64,000 nucleotides of DNA, from positions 18,985 to 82,984 of the forward strand of contig JAIPDO010000011.1 of assembly GCA_021737645.1 (NCBI GenBank). The letters are read 5' to 3'. Shown in pieces: positions 8,217-17,896 of this stretch (within the stretch, counting starts at the first letter, position 1; each line of letters begins with the position of its first letter). The notes under the pieces were generated by a model, which saw only the letters and a list, made by a program, of their open reading frames with translations, was not told the origin of the DNA and ran no database searches. The DNA is from Desulfarculaceae bacterium (lineage in GTDB: Bacteria > Desulfobacterota > Desulfarculia > Desulfarculales > Desulfarculaceae). The translations under genes were made by a program, and so were the position numbers.

Positions 8217-9410
8217 ATGCAGCTTTCCCGCCGCGTGATGAGCATTCAGCCCTCGCCCACCCTGGCCCTGAACGCCAAGGCCGACGCCCTGCGCGCCCAG
8301 GGGGTGGACATCATCAACTTTGGGGCCGGTCAACCGGATTTCCCCACCCCGGAGCACATTTGCCAGGCGGCCAAAAAAGCCATCGATGAGGGCTTTACCC
8401 GCTACACCCCGGTGCCGGGCACTGTTGAGCTCAAACAGGCGGTGATCGACAAGTTCAAGCGGGACAACGGCCTGGACTACGCCATGGACCAGGTGATGAT
8501 CAACGTGGGAGGCAAGCACTCCAGCTACTTGATCATGCAGGCCCTGGTGGACGAAGGCGACGAGGTCATCGTGCCCGCCCCTTATTGGGTGAGCTATCCG
8601 CCCATGGTCATCCTGGCCGGGGGCACCCCGGTCATAGTACCCACACGGGAAGAAGACGGTTTCAAGCTCCAGTTGGCCGACCTTGAAAAAGCGGCCAGCG
8701 ACAAGACCAAGGCCATATTCATCAACTCGCCCTCCAACCCCACCGGCGGGGTGTACAGCGAGGCCGAGCTTCGCCCCCTGGCCGAGTTCTGCGCCTCCAA
8801 GGGCATTTTGATGGTCAGCGATGAAATGTATGAGCCCATCCTGTTCGACGGGCGCAGCTTCACGGCCACCGCCTCTCTGAGCCCTGAGGTGTATGCCAAC
8901 ACCATCACCCTCAACGGGGTGTCCAAGGCCTACGCCATGACCGGATGGCGCATCGGCTACATGGGCGGCCCGGCGGATCTGGTCAAGGCCTGCTCCAAGA
9001 TTCAGAGCCAGTCCACCTCCAACCCCACCTCCATCGCCCAAAAGGCGGCCGAGGAGGCCCTGAACGGTCCCCAGGAGATAGTGGGCGAGCGGAACCAGAG
9101 CTTTGAGCGCCGCCGCGACCTGATCATGGAACTCATCGCCGAGTTGCCGGGAGTCACTTGCGTCAAACCCGAGGGCAGTTTCTACGCCTTCCCCAGCTTC
9201 AAGGCCTACTTTGGCAAGAAGTTCGAGGGCAAGCAGATCACCGGCTCCCAGGATCTGGCCGACTATCTGCTGGACGAGGCCTCGGTGGCCGCGGTGCCGG
9301 GCATCGCCTTTGGCGAGGACGCCTGCATCCGCTTCTCCTTCGCCATCAGCGACGAGGAGATAACCAAGGGCATGGCTTCGGTCAAGGCCGCCCTGGCCAA
9401 ACTAAGCTGA
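8217..9410 (+). CDS. class I pyridoxal-phosphate-dependent aminotransferase (aspartate/prephenate aminotransferase-like)
   Basis: MQLSRRVMSIQPSPTLALNAKADALRAQGVDIINFGAGQPDFPTP, and PLP-lysine context NGVSKAYAMTGWRIGY. Start placed at ATG 8217 with GGGAGA upstream. Confidence 0.85.
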   Translation: MQLSRRVMSIQPSPTLALNAKADALRAQGVDIINFGAGQPDFPTPEHICQAAKKAIDEGFTRYTPVPGTVELKQAVIDKFKRDNGLDYAMDQVMINVGGKHSSYLIMQALVDEGDEVIVPAPYWVSYPPMVILAGGTPVIVPTREEDGFKLQLADLEKAASDKTKAIFINSPSNPTGGVYSEAELRPLAEFCASKGILMVSDEMYEPILFDGRSFTATASLSPEVYANTITLNGVSKAYAMTGWRIGYMGGPADLVKACSKIQSQSTSNPTSIAQKAAEEALNGPQEIVGERNQSFERRRDLIMELIAELPGVTCVKPEGSFYAFPSFKAYFGKKFEGKQITGSQDLADYLLDEASVAAVPGIAFGEDACIRFSFAISDEEITKGMASVKAALAKLS

Positions 9411-9433
9411 CGCCGCCCCACGGGGCGCTTGGC

Positions 9434-9461
9434 CGGACCGGGTTCGCCCGGTCCGATTTTT
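9434..9461 (+). terminator. intrinsic terminator after the aminotransferase gene
   Basis: CGGACCGGG-TTCG-CCCGGTCCG is a perfect 9-bp stem with a TTCG tetraloop, followed by ATTTTTATTT. Confidence 0.7.
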
Positions 9462-10419
9462 ATTTGTCCTGCTTGGCTTTTAGTCTCTTGGATACTTCAG
9501 GATAATACTCGGCGACGCACTCCGGGCACAGGCCGTGGGAGAAGTCTGCTTCTGAATGGTGGGCTATGTAGCTTTCAAGTCTTTGCCAGTCGCCCTTGTC
9601 GTCGCGGATCTTCTTACAGTGGGAGCATATGGGCAACAGGCCACTGAGGGTCCGCACCTCCTGGCGGGCCTGGTCGCGTTCGTCAATATGCCGCTGGAGC
9701 TTCATGGATACCAAAATCATGGCCAGCATGGTGGCGAGCCAGAACACGAGGTGGGTGATGATTATGGATTTGTTTTCTTCGCCCACGTGCTGAACAATGG
9801 TTGCTATGGGAACCGTGATACTTAGGCCGCCGCGAACTTCGCCGATCTTGTAGCCCTGTTGGGCGTGGCAGCGCAGGCAGGCTTTTTCAACATACAATGG
9901 TTTGAGCATGCGGACGACTTGGTGCCCATCCTTGTTCATTATCTTGTAGTCTTCCTTGGCTCCTTGATGCATCTTTTCCAGGGCCTGGCGCTCCCAGGCG
10001 TCCGGGGAGTTTTGCGGGCGGATGGGCTTGAGGCTGGTGATGTGGCCGACCACCCCGGTCCCCTTGGACTCCAGTTCGTGCACCTGGCGAGTCATGTAGG
10101 CCGGGTTTATCAGGGTCAGACGGCGCCCCGAGGGGGTTTCAATATCGCGTTCAGGCACCTTGAGATAGGGATTGGGTTGGGCAAGGGGCCCCACCCGGGC
10201 GTAAACGCCACCCAGCTGGGCGTTCCAGCGACGGTAATAAACGTCCTTCTCCAGATTGGTGCGCGCGATCGTCAGGGTGGAGTTTTCAAAATCCTGTTTT
10301 TGCAGGGTGAGGTTCCACCAAAGCGATATTCCGAAGAGCAGGGTGCCCAGAACCGCAAGAGCCAACACATAGGGCCAGCTTTTGGCGTTTTTACGAGGTT
10401 GTGTGCCCTGGTCAAGCAT
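9460..10419 (-). CDS. membrane sensor with a periplasmic DUF3365 (Tll0287-like) c-type haem domain and a C-terminal Cys4 motif of unknown function
   Basis: 319 aa. TM1 is at aa ~15-37. The periplasmic domain carries the CLRCH haem-c motif (9865-9879). TM2 is at aa ~219-239. The C-terminus reads LPICSHCKKIRDDKGDWQRLESYIAHHSEADFSHGLCPEC (about 9502-9639). Confidence 0.7.
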   Translation of the reverse strand: MLDQGTQPRKNAKSWPYVLALAVLGTLLFGISLWWNLTLQKQDFENSTLTIARTNLEKDVYYRRWNAQLGGVYARVGPLAQPNPYLKVPERDIETPSGRRLTLINPAYMTRQVHELESKGTGVVGHITSLKPIRPQNSPDAWERQALEKMHQGAKEDYKIMNKDGHQVVRMLKPLYVEKACLRCHAQQGYKIGEVRGGLSITVPIATIVQHVGEENKSIIITHLVFWLATMLAMILVSMKLQRHIDERDQARQEVRTLSGLLPICSHCKKIRDDKGDWQRLESYIAHHSEADFSHGLCPECVAEYYPEVSKRLKAKQDK

Positions 10420-10537
10420 GATTGCTCTTACTTTCCCCAGTTGGGGCTAATAGAAGAAAGCCTACTAAAACCAGTACAGAAGAAAAGAAGCCCAAGCAAA
10501 AGGCGTTTCAGAAGTTATGTCAATAATAATTATAAGC

Positions 10538-10569
10538 GGAAAAGGCCCGGCCCCTTGAAGGGCCGGGCC
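10538..10569 (-). terminator. intrinsic terminator after the PxxKW gene
   Basis: GGCCCGGCCC (10544-10553) pairs with GGGCCGGGCC (10560-10569) in a 10-bp GC stem. On the minus strand it is followed by UUUUCC. Confidence 0.55.
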
Positions 10570-10596
10570 GTAAAACGCTGTAAAGCGTGGCAAATT

Positions 10597-10878
10597 CTAG
10601 CGGGCGTGGGCGCGCTTGGAAGCCTTGATGGGGTTGAGGCTCTTGGGGCCTTCCTTGACCTCGCCCTTGACGTGAGTGGCGAAGTTACAACTGCCGTAAC
10701 GCCACTTGGCCGCCGGATCGGGGTAGCTCTTGCAGTAGACCATGTCGCCCACGGTAATGTTGCGTTCGCAACCCAGGCAAGGCTCAACCGCCGGGTGGCA
10801 GGTGCCGCCGTTGAAGTCACAGCCGTTTTTGCCCATGAAGGCGCATTCTTGGCCCGCGCGGGTGGTGGTGCACAGCAT
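10597..10878 (-). CDS. PxxKW-family cysteine-rich small protein
   Basis: 93 aa with 8 Cys, including CLGC. It contains YPDPAAKWRYGSCNF (the PxxKW motif) and a basic tail KASKRAHAR. AAGGAG RBS upstream. Confidence 0.65.
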   Translation of the reverse strand: MLCTTTRAGQECAFMGKNGCDFNGGTCHPAVEPCLGCERNITVGDMVYCKSYPDPAAKWRYGSCNFATHVKGEVKEGPKSLNPIKASKRAHAR

Positions 10879-10964
10879 CTTCTCAACTCCTTGGCCAATC
10901 GATAACTATAAAAAAGGCTCACCCACATCCTGGCCGGTGTGGTGGCCCCTTAAACACATAAGAG

Positions 10965-10990
10965 GCGGGCTCGGCCAGGGCCGAGCCCGC
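10965..10990. repeat. perfect GC-rich inverted repeat in a divergent intergenic region
   Basis: GCGGGCTCGGCC-AG-GGCCGAGCCCGC, with 12-nt arms. There is no flanking T-tract, so it is not a canonical terminator. Confidence 0.6.
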
Positions 10991-11063
10991 ACGATGGGAA
11001 GTATGGATAGTAAACCCTGGTCTGTCAAGGTCCTTTTTAAAAAAAATGCAACCAGCGCCCGAC

Positions 11064-11092
11064 TTGACAAAACCGGGGGGGCGGCGTAGATA
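11064..11092 (+). promoter_or_regulatory. candidate sigma70 promoter for lysS and the downstream cluster
   Basis: TTGACA (11064-11069), 17-nt spacer, TAGATA (11087-11092). An A/T tract (CTTTTTAAAAAAAATG) lies upstream, resembling an UP element. Confidence 0.5.
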
Positions 11093-11106
11093 AAGTAGCC
11101 TAGTTC

Positions 11107-12699
11107 ATGAACAAACCCGGCGACGCCCCAGTCGGGGCGGGCGGCGGACGCACAGAGGCGGCAGTGGCTAAAAACCAGCAAAAACCCAACCAGGAAGCCG
11201 CGCAGGCCCAGGCCGGCGATGAAAACCTTCTGGTCAAGCAGCGGCGCCAGAAGGCCGCCCAAATCCAGGAGTTGGGGCTCGATCTATATCCCAACACCTT
11301 TCGGCCCCGCGACACCATTGGCGAGTTGACCAAAACTCACGGCCAACTGGATGCCGCCCGTCTGGAATCCCAGGAATATACAAAATTTTCCTTGGCCGGG
11401 CGGATCATGGCCATCCGTTCCTTCGGCAAAGCCGCGTTTATAAAGATCACCGACCGCACCGGCAGCCTGCAACTGCACGTGCAGCGCGACGTGCTGGAGC
11501 CCGAGCAGTTCAAGCTGTTCAAGAAGCTTGACGTGGGCGACATCATTGGGGTGGTGGGCCATCTGTTCCGCACCCGCACCCGTGAGCTGACCCTCAAGGT
11601 TGAGCAGCTTCATCTGGTGACCAAGGCCATGCGGCCCCTGCCCGAGAAGTTCCACGGGCTCACCGACGTGGAGCAGCGCTACCGCCAGCGCTACCTTGAC
11701 CTGATTATGAACGACGAGGTCCGGGCCATATTCCAGGATCGCTCCACCATCGTGGCAACCCTGCGCAATTTCCTCACCGACCGGAGTTTCCTGGAAGTGG
11801 AAACCCCCATGATGCAGGCTATTCCCGGCGGCGCCACGGCCCGGCCCTTTGAAACTCACCACAATGCCCTGAACATGAAGCTCTACCTAAGGGTGGCCCC
11901 GGAGCTTTACTTGAAGCGCCTGGTGGTGGGCGGCCTGGAGCGGGTGTTCGAACTTAACCGCAACTTCCGCAACGAGGGGGTGAGCGTACGCCACAACCCC
12001 GAGTTCACCATGCTGGAGTTCTACCAGGCCTACGCCACCTACGAAGACCTCATCACCATGACCGAAGAGATGTTCGGCAAGGTGGCCATGGCGGTGAAGG
12101 GCACCCTGAGCTTCGACTACCAGGGCAGGAACATAGACCTGACCCCGCCTTGGCAAAGCATAGATTTTCGCAGTTCGTTGATGGAGATGGGCAAGGTGCC
12201 CCCCGAGGTGCTCTTTGACCGGGAAAAGGCCCTGAACATGTCCACCTCCATGGGCGGAGTGCATGAGCGCACCGACAACCTGGGCAATGCCCTGGCCAAG
12301 ATATTCGACGTCACGGTGGAGCCCAATCTGTGGCAGCCCACTTTCGTAACCGGCTTCCCCCGGGACATAAGCCCGCTTAGCCGCACCAACGACCTGGACT
12401 CGGACATAGTGGACCGCTTCGAGTTCTTCATCGCCGGGCGCGAGATGGGCAACGGCTTCAGCGAGCTCAACGACCCCGACGACCAGCGCAGCCGTTTCAA
12501 CGAGCAGGTGGCGCAGCGCGAGGCGGGAGACGACGAGGCCCAGTTCATGGACCAAGACTACGTGCGGGCTCTGGAATACGGTATGCCCCCCACCGCCGGA
12601 GAGGGGTTGGGCATAGACCGTTTGGTGATGCTTATGACCGACCAGCCCAGTATTCGGGAGGTCATACTTTTCCCATTGCTTAGACCTGAGCAGGGTTGA
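11107..12699 (+). CDS. lysS: lysine--tRNA ligase (class II)
   Basis: 530 aa with an OB-fold region (FSLAGRIMAIRSFGKAAFIKITDRTGSLQLHV) and class II motifs (FRNEGVS..., GLGIDRLVMLMT). The start is uncertain: ATG 11107 has no SD, and an in-frame GTG at 11164 has AGAGG upstream. Confidence 0.9.
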   Translation: MNKPGDAPVGAGGGRTEAAVAKNQQKPNQEAAQAQAGDENLLVKQRRQKAAQIQELGLDLYPNTFRPRDTIGELTKTHGQLDAARLESQEYTKFSLAGRIMAIRSFGKAAFIKITDRTGSLQLHVQRDVLEPEQFKLFKKLDVGDIIGVVGHLFRTRTRELTLKVEQLHLVTKAMRPLPEKFHGLTDVEQRYRQRYLDLIMNDEVRAIFQDRSTIVATLRNFLTDRSFLEVETPMMQAIPGGATARPFETHHNALNMKLYLRVAPELYLKRLVVGGLERVFELNRNFRNEGVSVRHNPEFTMLEFYQAYATYEDLITMTEEMFGKVAMAVKGTLSFDYQGRNIDLTPPWQSIDFRSSLMEMGKVPPEVLFDREKALNMSTSMGGVHERTDNLGNALAKIFDVTVEPNLWQPTFVTGFPRDISPLSRTNDLDSDIVDRFEFFIAGREMGNGFSELNDPDDQRSRFNEQVAQREAGDDEAQFMDQDYVRALEYGMPPTAGEGLGIDRLVMLMTDQPSIREVILFPLLRPEQG

Positions 12700-13925
12700 T
12701 GCGTTTCGAGGTCTTTCTGGCCTTTCGCTTTCTGCGCGCCCGTCAGTATGCCTTTATCAACTTGATAACCATCCTGTCCATGGCCGGCGTGGCTTTGGGG
12801 GTGTGCGCCCTCATCGTGGTGCTCAGCGTCATGAGCGGGTTTCAGGACGAGTTCACAAAAAAGATCGTGGGCATGAACTCCCATGTCACCATCTACAAAG
12901 CCGGGGGGAGCATCAATCGCCCTCAGGCGGTGATGGATAAGCTGGGCAAAATGCCCCAGGTGACCGGCGTATCGCCCATCGTCTACGGCCAGGTGATGCT
13001 GGTGGCCCCGTCCGCGGCCAGCGGGGCCATCGTATACGGGCTAGAGGCTCCGGGGTCGCCCAAGGCCAAGGAGTTGACCAAACACTTGGTGGCCGGCGAC
13101 ATGTCCAGGATGGCTTCGCCCCTGGGAGACGGGCTATGGGGGGTGGTGCTGGGCTCGGCCCTGGCCCGGCGCCTGGGCCTGGGAGTGGGCTCGGTGGTAA
13201 ACGTGATCAACCCCTTGGGAGAGGACACCCCGGTGGGGCGCGCCCCCAAGACCGAACCCTTCCAGGTGGTGGGCATCTTCGAATCCGGCCTGTACCAGTT
13301 CGACTCTTCCATCGTGTTCATGGGCCTGGCCGCGGGCCAGCGTTTTTTGGGGTTGGGAAAAGGGGTCAGCGGCATGGAGGTCATGCTCAAAGACCTGTAC
13401 CAGGCTCCTCAGCTGGCCTTGAAAATTGGGCGCGAACTGGGGCCTATGTACTTTGCCCGCGACTGGATAAGCACCAACAAGAACCTGTTCGCAGCCCTTA
13501 AACTGGAAAAGATCGCCATGTTCGTGATCTTGATCCTCATCGTGTTCGTGGCCTCCTTCGGCATAGTGAGCAGCCTGATCATGATGGTGATGGTCAAAAC
13601 CCGCGACATCGGCATATTAAAGGCCCTGGGGGCCACCAAGGCCACCCTGAGGCGGGTATTCATGCTCCAGGGGTTGTTCATAGGCTTGGTGGGCACTCTG
13701 GTGGGGGTCGGCGGCGGGTTGGTGTTATGCTGGCTTTTGTCCCGCTACCATTTCATAGAACTGCCCAAGGCGGTGTACCCCATTAACACCTTGCCGGTGC
13801 AGGTGGAGCCCCTGATGGTGGCCGCCGTTGCCGGAGCGGCGGTGCTTATCAGCCTGTTGGCCACGATTTATCCCGCCAGGGTGGCCGGAGGCCTGGACCC
13901 GGTGAGCGCGCTGCGATATGAATAG
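12699..13925 (+). CDS. lipoprotein-releasing ABC transporter permease (LolC/LolE family; single copy)
   Basis: MRFEVFLAFRFLRARQ... is a typical LolC/E N-terminus. There is a FtsX-type C-terminal 4-TM region and a large periplasmic loop. ATG 12699 overlaps the lysS stop. Confidence 0.85.
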   Translation: MRFEVFLAFRFLRARQYAFINLITILSMAGVALGVCALIVVLSVMSGFQDEFTKKIVGMNSHVTIYKAGGSINRPQAVMDKLGKMPQVTGVSPIVYGQVMLVAPSAASGAIVYGLEAPGSPKAKELTKHLVAGDMSRMASPLGDGLWGVVLGSALARRLGLGVGSVVNVINPLGEDTPVGRAPKTEPFQVVGIFESGLYQFDSSIVFMGLAAGQRFLGLGKGVSGMEVMLKDLYQAPQLALKIGRELGPMYFARDWISTNKNLFAALKLEKIAMFVILILIVFVASFGIVSSLIMMVMVKTRDIGILKALGATKATLRRVFMLQGLFIGLVGTLVGVGGGLVLCWLLSRYHFIELPKAVYPINTLPVQVEPLMVAAVAGAAVLISLLATIYPARVAGGLDPVSALRYE

Positions 13926-13958
13926 GGCCACAAACCTGCTGATTCAAGGGGTCGAGAC

Positions 13959-14678
13959 TTGACAGACGAGCCCATATACATTCATATAAAGCAGCTTAAA
14001 AAGACGTACTTTGGCCCACAGGACCAAGTGGAAGTGCTGAGGGATTTGAACCTCACGGTGGCCAAAGGCGAGACGGTGGCGGTGGTTGGCGCTTCGGGCG
14101 TCGGAAAATCCACCTTGTTACATATCTTAGGAGCCCTTGACCGACCCACCGCAGGTCGGGTTATGGTGGGAGGGCGTGACGTTTTCCAGATGGACGAGAC
14201 GGCCCTGGCCGCCTTTCGCAATAGCCACGTGGGCTTTGTGTTTCAGTTCCATCATCTGCTGCCCGAGTTCAGCGCCCTGGAGAACGTGATGATGCCCGCG
14301 CTAATCGCCCGCCAGGACAGAGGCCAGGCCCAGAAACGGGCCATGGAGCTTCTGGACGAGGTGGAGGTGGCGCATCGCAGCTCCCATCGGGTAGGGCAGC
14401 TATCCGGCGGCGAGGCCCAGCGGGTGGCCGTGGCCCGGGCCCTTATCTTGGGCCCCAGCCTGCTGTTGGCCGACGAGCCAACGGGTAATCTGGACGAACG
14501 TACAGGAGAATTGGTGCATCAATTGTTGGTGAGGCTCAACCAAAGCCATGGGCTCACCACCTTGGTGGCCACCCACAACGAACGGTTGGCCGGGGCGCTG
14601 GGGCGCCGGGTGCGGTTGGCCGATGGCAAGGCCTATAGCCTGGATCAGGCGGGGCCCAGCGAGGAATATAAACGGTGA
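13959..14678 (+). CDS. lolD: lipoprotein-releasing system ATP-binding protein
   Basis: Walker [10 protein letters not shown], signature [14 protein letters not shown], Walker [13 protein letters not shown]. Sits adjacent to the Lol permease. TTG start. Confidence 0.85.
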   Translation: MTDEPIYIHIKQLKKTYFGPQDQVEVLRDLNLTVAKGETVAVVGASGVGKSTLLHILGALDRPTAGRVMVGGRDVFQMDETALAAFRNSHVGFVFQFHHLLPEFSALENVMMPALIARQDRGQAQKRAMELLDEVEVAHRSSHRVGQLSGGEAQRVAVARALILGPSLLLADEPTGNLDERTGELVHQLLVRLNQSHGLTTLVATHNERLAGALGRRVRLADGKAYSLDQAGPSEEYKR

Positions 14679-17320
14679 TTAGGAGAATTCTGCTGGCAAT
14701 AGCCCTGGCCTTGCTGCTTCTGGCGCCGATCGCGGCCCAGGCGGCCGAGGCCATGAAGGTGGCGGTGTTTCCTTTCCATATCTTCAGCCGGGAGCCCCTG
14801 ACCGACTTGCGCAACGATGTGCAGAAGATGCTGGGAAACAAGCTTACCGCCCTGGGGGTCACGGTTATTCCCAACGAAGAGGTGAACCAGGCCCTTGCCG
14901 CGGCGGGGCAGCCCCTGGACCTTTCCCTGGCCCGCAAGGTGGCCGGGCGTATTGGGGCGGATTTCGCCATAACCGGCTCCATCACCAAGATCGGCAACCG
15001 GGTGTCCCTGGACGCCAAGGTGCTTGACGTGCTGGGCATGCAGCGGCCCCAGTCGGCATTCGTGGAGGGCGCTGGGCTGGCATCCATAAGCGCGCTCACC
15101 GAACGCATCTCCCGTGAGTTGGCGGTTCGGGTCAGCGGCCGGGAAAAGGTGGCCGAGGTCAAGATTGCCGGCAACCGGCGCATCGAGGGCGACGCGGTCA
15201 AGGCTGTGCTCAAGACCAAGGAAGGCGGCATCTTCTCACCCCTGCTGCTGGACGAGGACCTCAGGGCCATCTGGAAGCTGGGCTATTTCGACGACGTGAA
15301 GATTTCCAGCGCCGACAGCCCCAAGGGCAAGGTGGTCACCATCACGGTGAAGGAGAAGCCCGCTGTCCGCGAGGTCAAATTCGAGGGCAACAAGGAGATC
15401 GACACCAAAGACCTTCAGGACCAGATCGGCCTGAAGCGCTTCGCGGTGTACAAGCCGGCCGCCGTAAAGGAAGCCGAGCAGAAGATCATCCAGATGTACC
15501 GCGACAAGGGCTACTACGATGTCAAGGTGACCAGCCAGGTGATCAACCTGCCCAAGGGCGACCTGGGCATCAAGTTCAATATCGTTGAGGGCGAAAAGGT
15601 CTACATCTCCAAAATCGAGATCAGGGGCAACAAGGCCTTCCCGGCAAAAGAGCTCAAGGACGTGATGAGCACCGGCGAGAAGGGCTGGCTGTCCTGGATC
15701 AAGGACGACCACGTCCTGGAGTGGGCCAAGCTGGAGCAGGACGTCCAGAAGCTCAACGACTTCTATTACAATCACGGCTACATGGCCGCCCGGGTGGGCA
15801 AACCCGAGATTACCCGGACCAAAGACGGCCTGTTGCTCACCATCAACATCGAAGAGGGCCCGCGCTTCAAGGTTTCCAGCGTGGGCATCTCCGGCCAGCT
15901 CATCGCTCCGCAAAAAGAACTGATCGCGATGATCAAGACCAAGGCGGGCGGTTGGTATAACCGCCAGCAGCTGCGCAACGATCTGGCCACCCTGCACGAG
16001 CTCTACGCCAACCGCGGCTATGCCTACGTGGAGGTGCGGCCCCAGGTGCGCCAGAACATGAAGCAGCACAGCGTGGCCCTGGACTTCCAGGTGAAAAAGG
16101 GCGCCAAGATCTACTTTGACCGCATCATCATCAGCGGCAACACCCGCACCAGGGACAAGGTGATACGGCGCGAGTTGGGAGTGGCCGAAGGCGACCTGTT
16201 CTCGGGCACCGCCATCCGCTCGGCCAACATGCGCCTGCACCGGCTCAACTTCTTCGAGGACATCACCATCAGCCCCGGCAAGGGCGGTGAGCCGGGCACC
16301 ATGGACCTGAACATCAAGGTCAAGGAAAAGCGCACCGGCCAGGTATCCTTTGGAGCGGGTTACTCCACCCAGGACTCCTTCATGATCATGGGCCAAGTCA
16401 CCGAGTCCAACCTTTTCGGCCGTGGCCAGCAGGTTCAGCTTCGGGGCACCCTGGGCGGCAAATCCACCCGCTACACCCTGAGCTTCACCGAGCCATGGCT
16501 GTTTGACCGTCCCATCAGTTTCGGTGTGGACATCTACGACTGGGAGCGCGAGTACATCCAGTACAACAAGACCGCCATGGGCGGGCGCCTGCGCTGGGGC
16601 TTCCCCACTCCCTTGGCCTTTACCCGCTTCTACCTGTACTACAAGTATGAAGAAGCCAACATCACCGACATCGACAAAAACGCTTCTTTGTATGTCAGAG
16701 ACCAGGAGGGCTGGCACACCACCAGCAGCTTGAAGGGCATCATGCGCCGCGACACCCGCGACGCCACCTTCAACACCACCAGAGGCTCCGACAACAACTT
16801 GAGCGTGGAATGGGCCGGTGGCGTGCTGGGCGGCACCAACTCCTTCTACAAGGTCATCGCCAACAGTGGCTGGTATTTCCCCATGTGGTGGAAGACCGTG
16901 CTGGTGTTGCACGGGCAGATCGGCTGGATGGATGGCCACTCCGACGGAAACGTGCCCATTTATGAGAAGTTCTTCCTGGGCGGGATCAACACCCTCAGGG
17001 GCTTTTCTTATCAATCGGTGAGCCCCAAGGACGAAAACGGTGACCTCATCGGTGGTGAGCGCATGTTCGTGGCCAACTTCGAAGTGCGCTTCCCCTTGTT
17101 CGAGAAAGCGGGCCTTACCGGGGTGGTTTTCTACGACACTGGTAACTCCTGGACCGCCGACGAGGGCTACGACTTCGCCAGCCTGCGCAAGAGCGTTGGT
17201 TGCGGTATCCGCTGGATGTCGCCCATGGGTCCGCTGCGCTTGGAGTACGGCTACGTGCTCGACCCGCAACCCGGCGACGACACCAGCAACTTCGAATTCA
17301 CCGTAGGTGGCATGTTTTAA
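14675..17320 (+). CDS. bamA: outer membrane protein assembly factor BamA
   Basis: 881 aa. Signal peptide [26 protein letters not shown], repeated POTRA-like segments, and a C-terminal beta-barrel ending ...[10 protein letters not shown]. The GTG start overlaps the lolD stop. Confidence 0.9.
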   Translation: MIRRILLAIALALLLLAPIAAQAAEAMKVAVFPFHIFSREPLTDLRNDVQKMLGNKLTALGVTVIPNEEVNQALAAAGQPLDLSLARKVAGRIGADFAITGSITKIGNRVSLDAKVLDVLGMQRPQSAFVEGAGLASISALTERISRELAVRVSGREKVAEVKIAGNRRIEGDAVKAVLKTKEGGIFSPLLLDEDLRAIWKLGYFDDVKISSADSPKGKVVTITVKEKPAVREVKFEGNKEIDTKDLQDQIGLKRFAVYKPAAVKEAEQKIIQMYRDKGYYDVKVTSQVINLPKGDLGIKFNIVEGEKVYISKIEIRGNKAFPAKELKDVMSTGEKGWLSWIKDDHVLEWAKLEQDVQKLNDFYYNHGYMAARVGKPEITRTKDGLLLTINIEEGPRFKVSSVGISGQLIAPQKELIAMIKTKAGGWYNRQQLRNDLATLHELYANRGYAYVEVRPQVRQNMKQHSVALDFQVKKGAKIYFDRIIISGNTRTRDKVIRRELGVAEGDLFSGTAIRSANMRLHRLNFFEDITISPGKGGEPGTMDLNIKVKEKRTGQVSFGAGYSTQDSFMIMGQVTESNLFGRGQQVQLRGTLGGKSTRYTLSFTEPWLFDRPISFGVDIYDWEREYIQYNKTAMGGRLRWGFPTPLAFTRFYLYYKYEEANITDIDKNASLYVRDQEGWHTTSSLKGIMRRDTRDATFNTTRGSDNNLSVEWAGGVLGGTNSFYKVIANSGWYFPMWWKTVLVLHGQIGWMDGHSDGNVPIYEKFFLGGINTLRGFSYQSVSPKDENGDLIGGERMFVANFEVRFPLFEKAGLTGVVFYDTGNSWTADEGYDFASLRKSVGCGIRWMSPMGPLRLEYGYVLDPQPGDDTSNFEFTVGGMF

Positions 17321-17355
17321 ACCCCCATTCAAAGGATATAAAGGGGAGACTAATA

Positions 17356-17886
17356 ATGTTGCAGTCCAAACACATCAAACTACCGATCTTACTGGCGGTG
17401 CTGCTGACCGCGTTCTGGCTGGCGCCCGCCGCGGCCCAGGCCCAGATAAAGATCGGGGTAATCAACATGGAACAATCGGTCAACGACTGCAAGCAGGGCA
17501 AGCGGTCCCAGGCCGAGCTCAGGCGCAAGGCGGCCAAGCTTGAGAACGAACTAAAGCAGCTCACCGAAGACGTGCAGAAGCTGCGCAAGGATCTGGAAAA
17601 CACCGCCATGTTGCTCAAGCCCGAGGCCAAGCTGGCCAAGGAGCGCGAGTTCGAACGTAAGGCCCGGCGGCTCAACGACCGCCGCCGCGATGCCCAGCAG
17701 GAGATTCGCGAGGCTCAACGAGATGGCTTCGCGCCCATCCTCCGGCGCATGCAGGGAGTTATCAAGACGATCGGCGCCAAGGGCGGATATGCCTTGATCA
17801 CCGAATCCCGCAGTGCGCTTTACTACCCTCAGAGCGCCGACATCACCAGCGAAGTAATAGCGGCCTACGACAAAAAATACCCGTAG
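17356..17886 (+). CDS. skp: OmpH/Skp family periplasmic chaperone
   Basis: Signal peptide [29 protein letters not shown] and a coiled-coil, K/E/R-rich body. It lies between bamA and lpxD. AAGGGGAG RBS; start moved to ATG 17356. Confidence 0.85.
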   Translation: MLQSKHIKLPILLAVLLTAFWLAPAAAQAQIKIGVINMEQSVNDCKQGKRSQAELRRKAAKLENELKQLTEDVQKLRKDLENTAMLLKPEAKLAKEREFERKARRLNDRRRDAQQEIREAQRDGFAPILRRMQGVIKTIGAKGGYALITESRSALYYPQSADITSEVIAAYDKKYP

Positions 17887-17896
17887 GGGCTGGGCT

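Noticed and set aside
15236-17332. 698-aa minus-strand ORF antisense to bamA.
   Set aside because: It mirrors the bamA frame. The composition is biased (G/A/V/H/L-rich) with no domain signatures. It is a high-GC antisense artefact.
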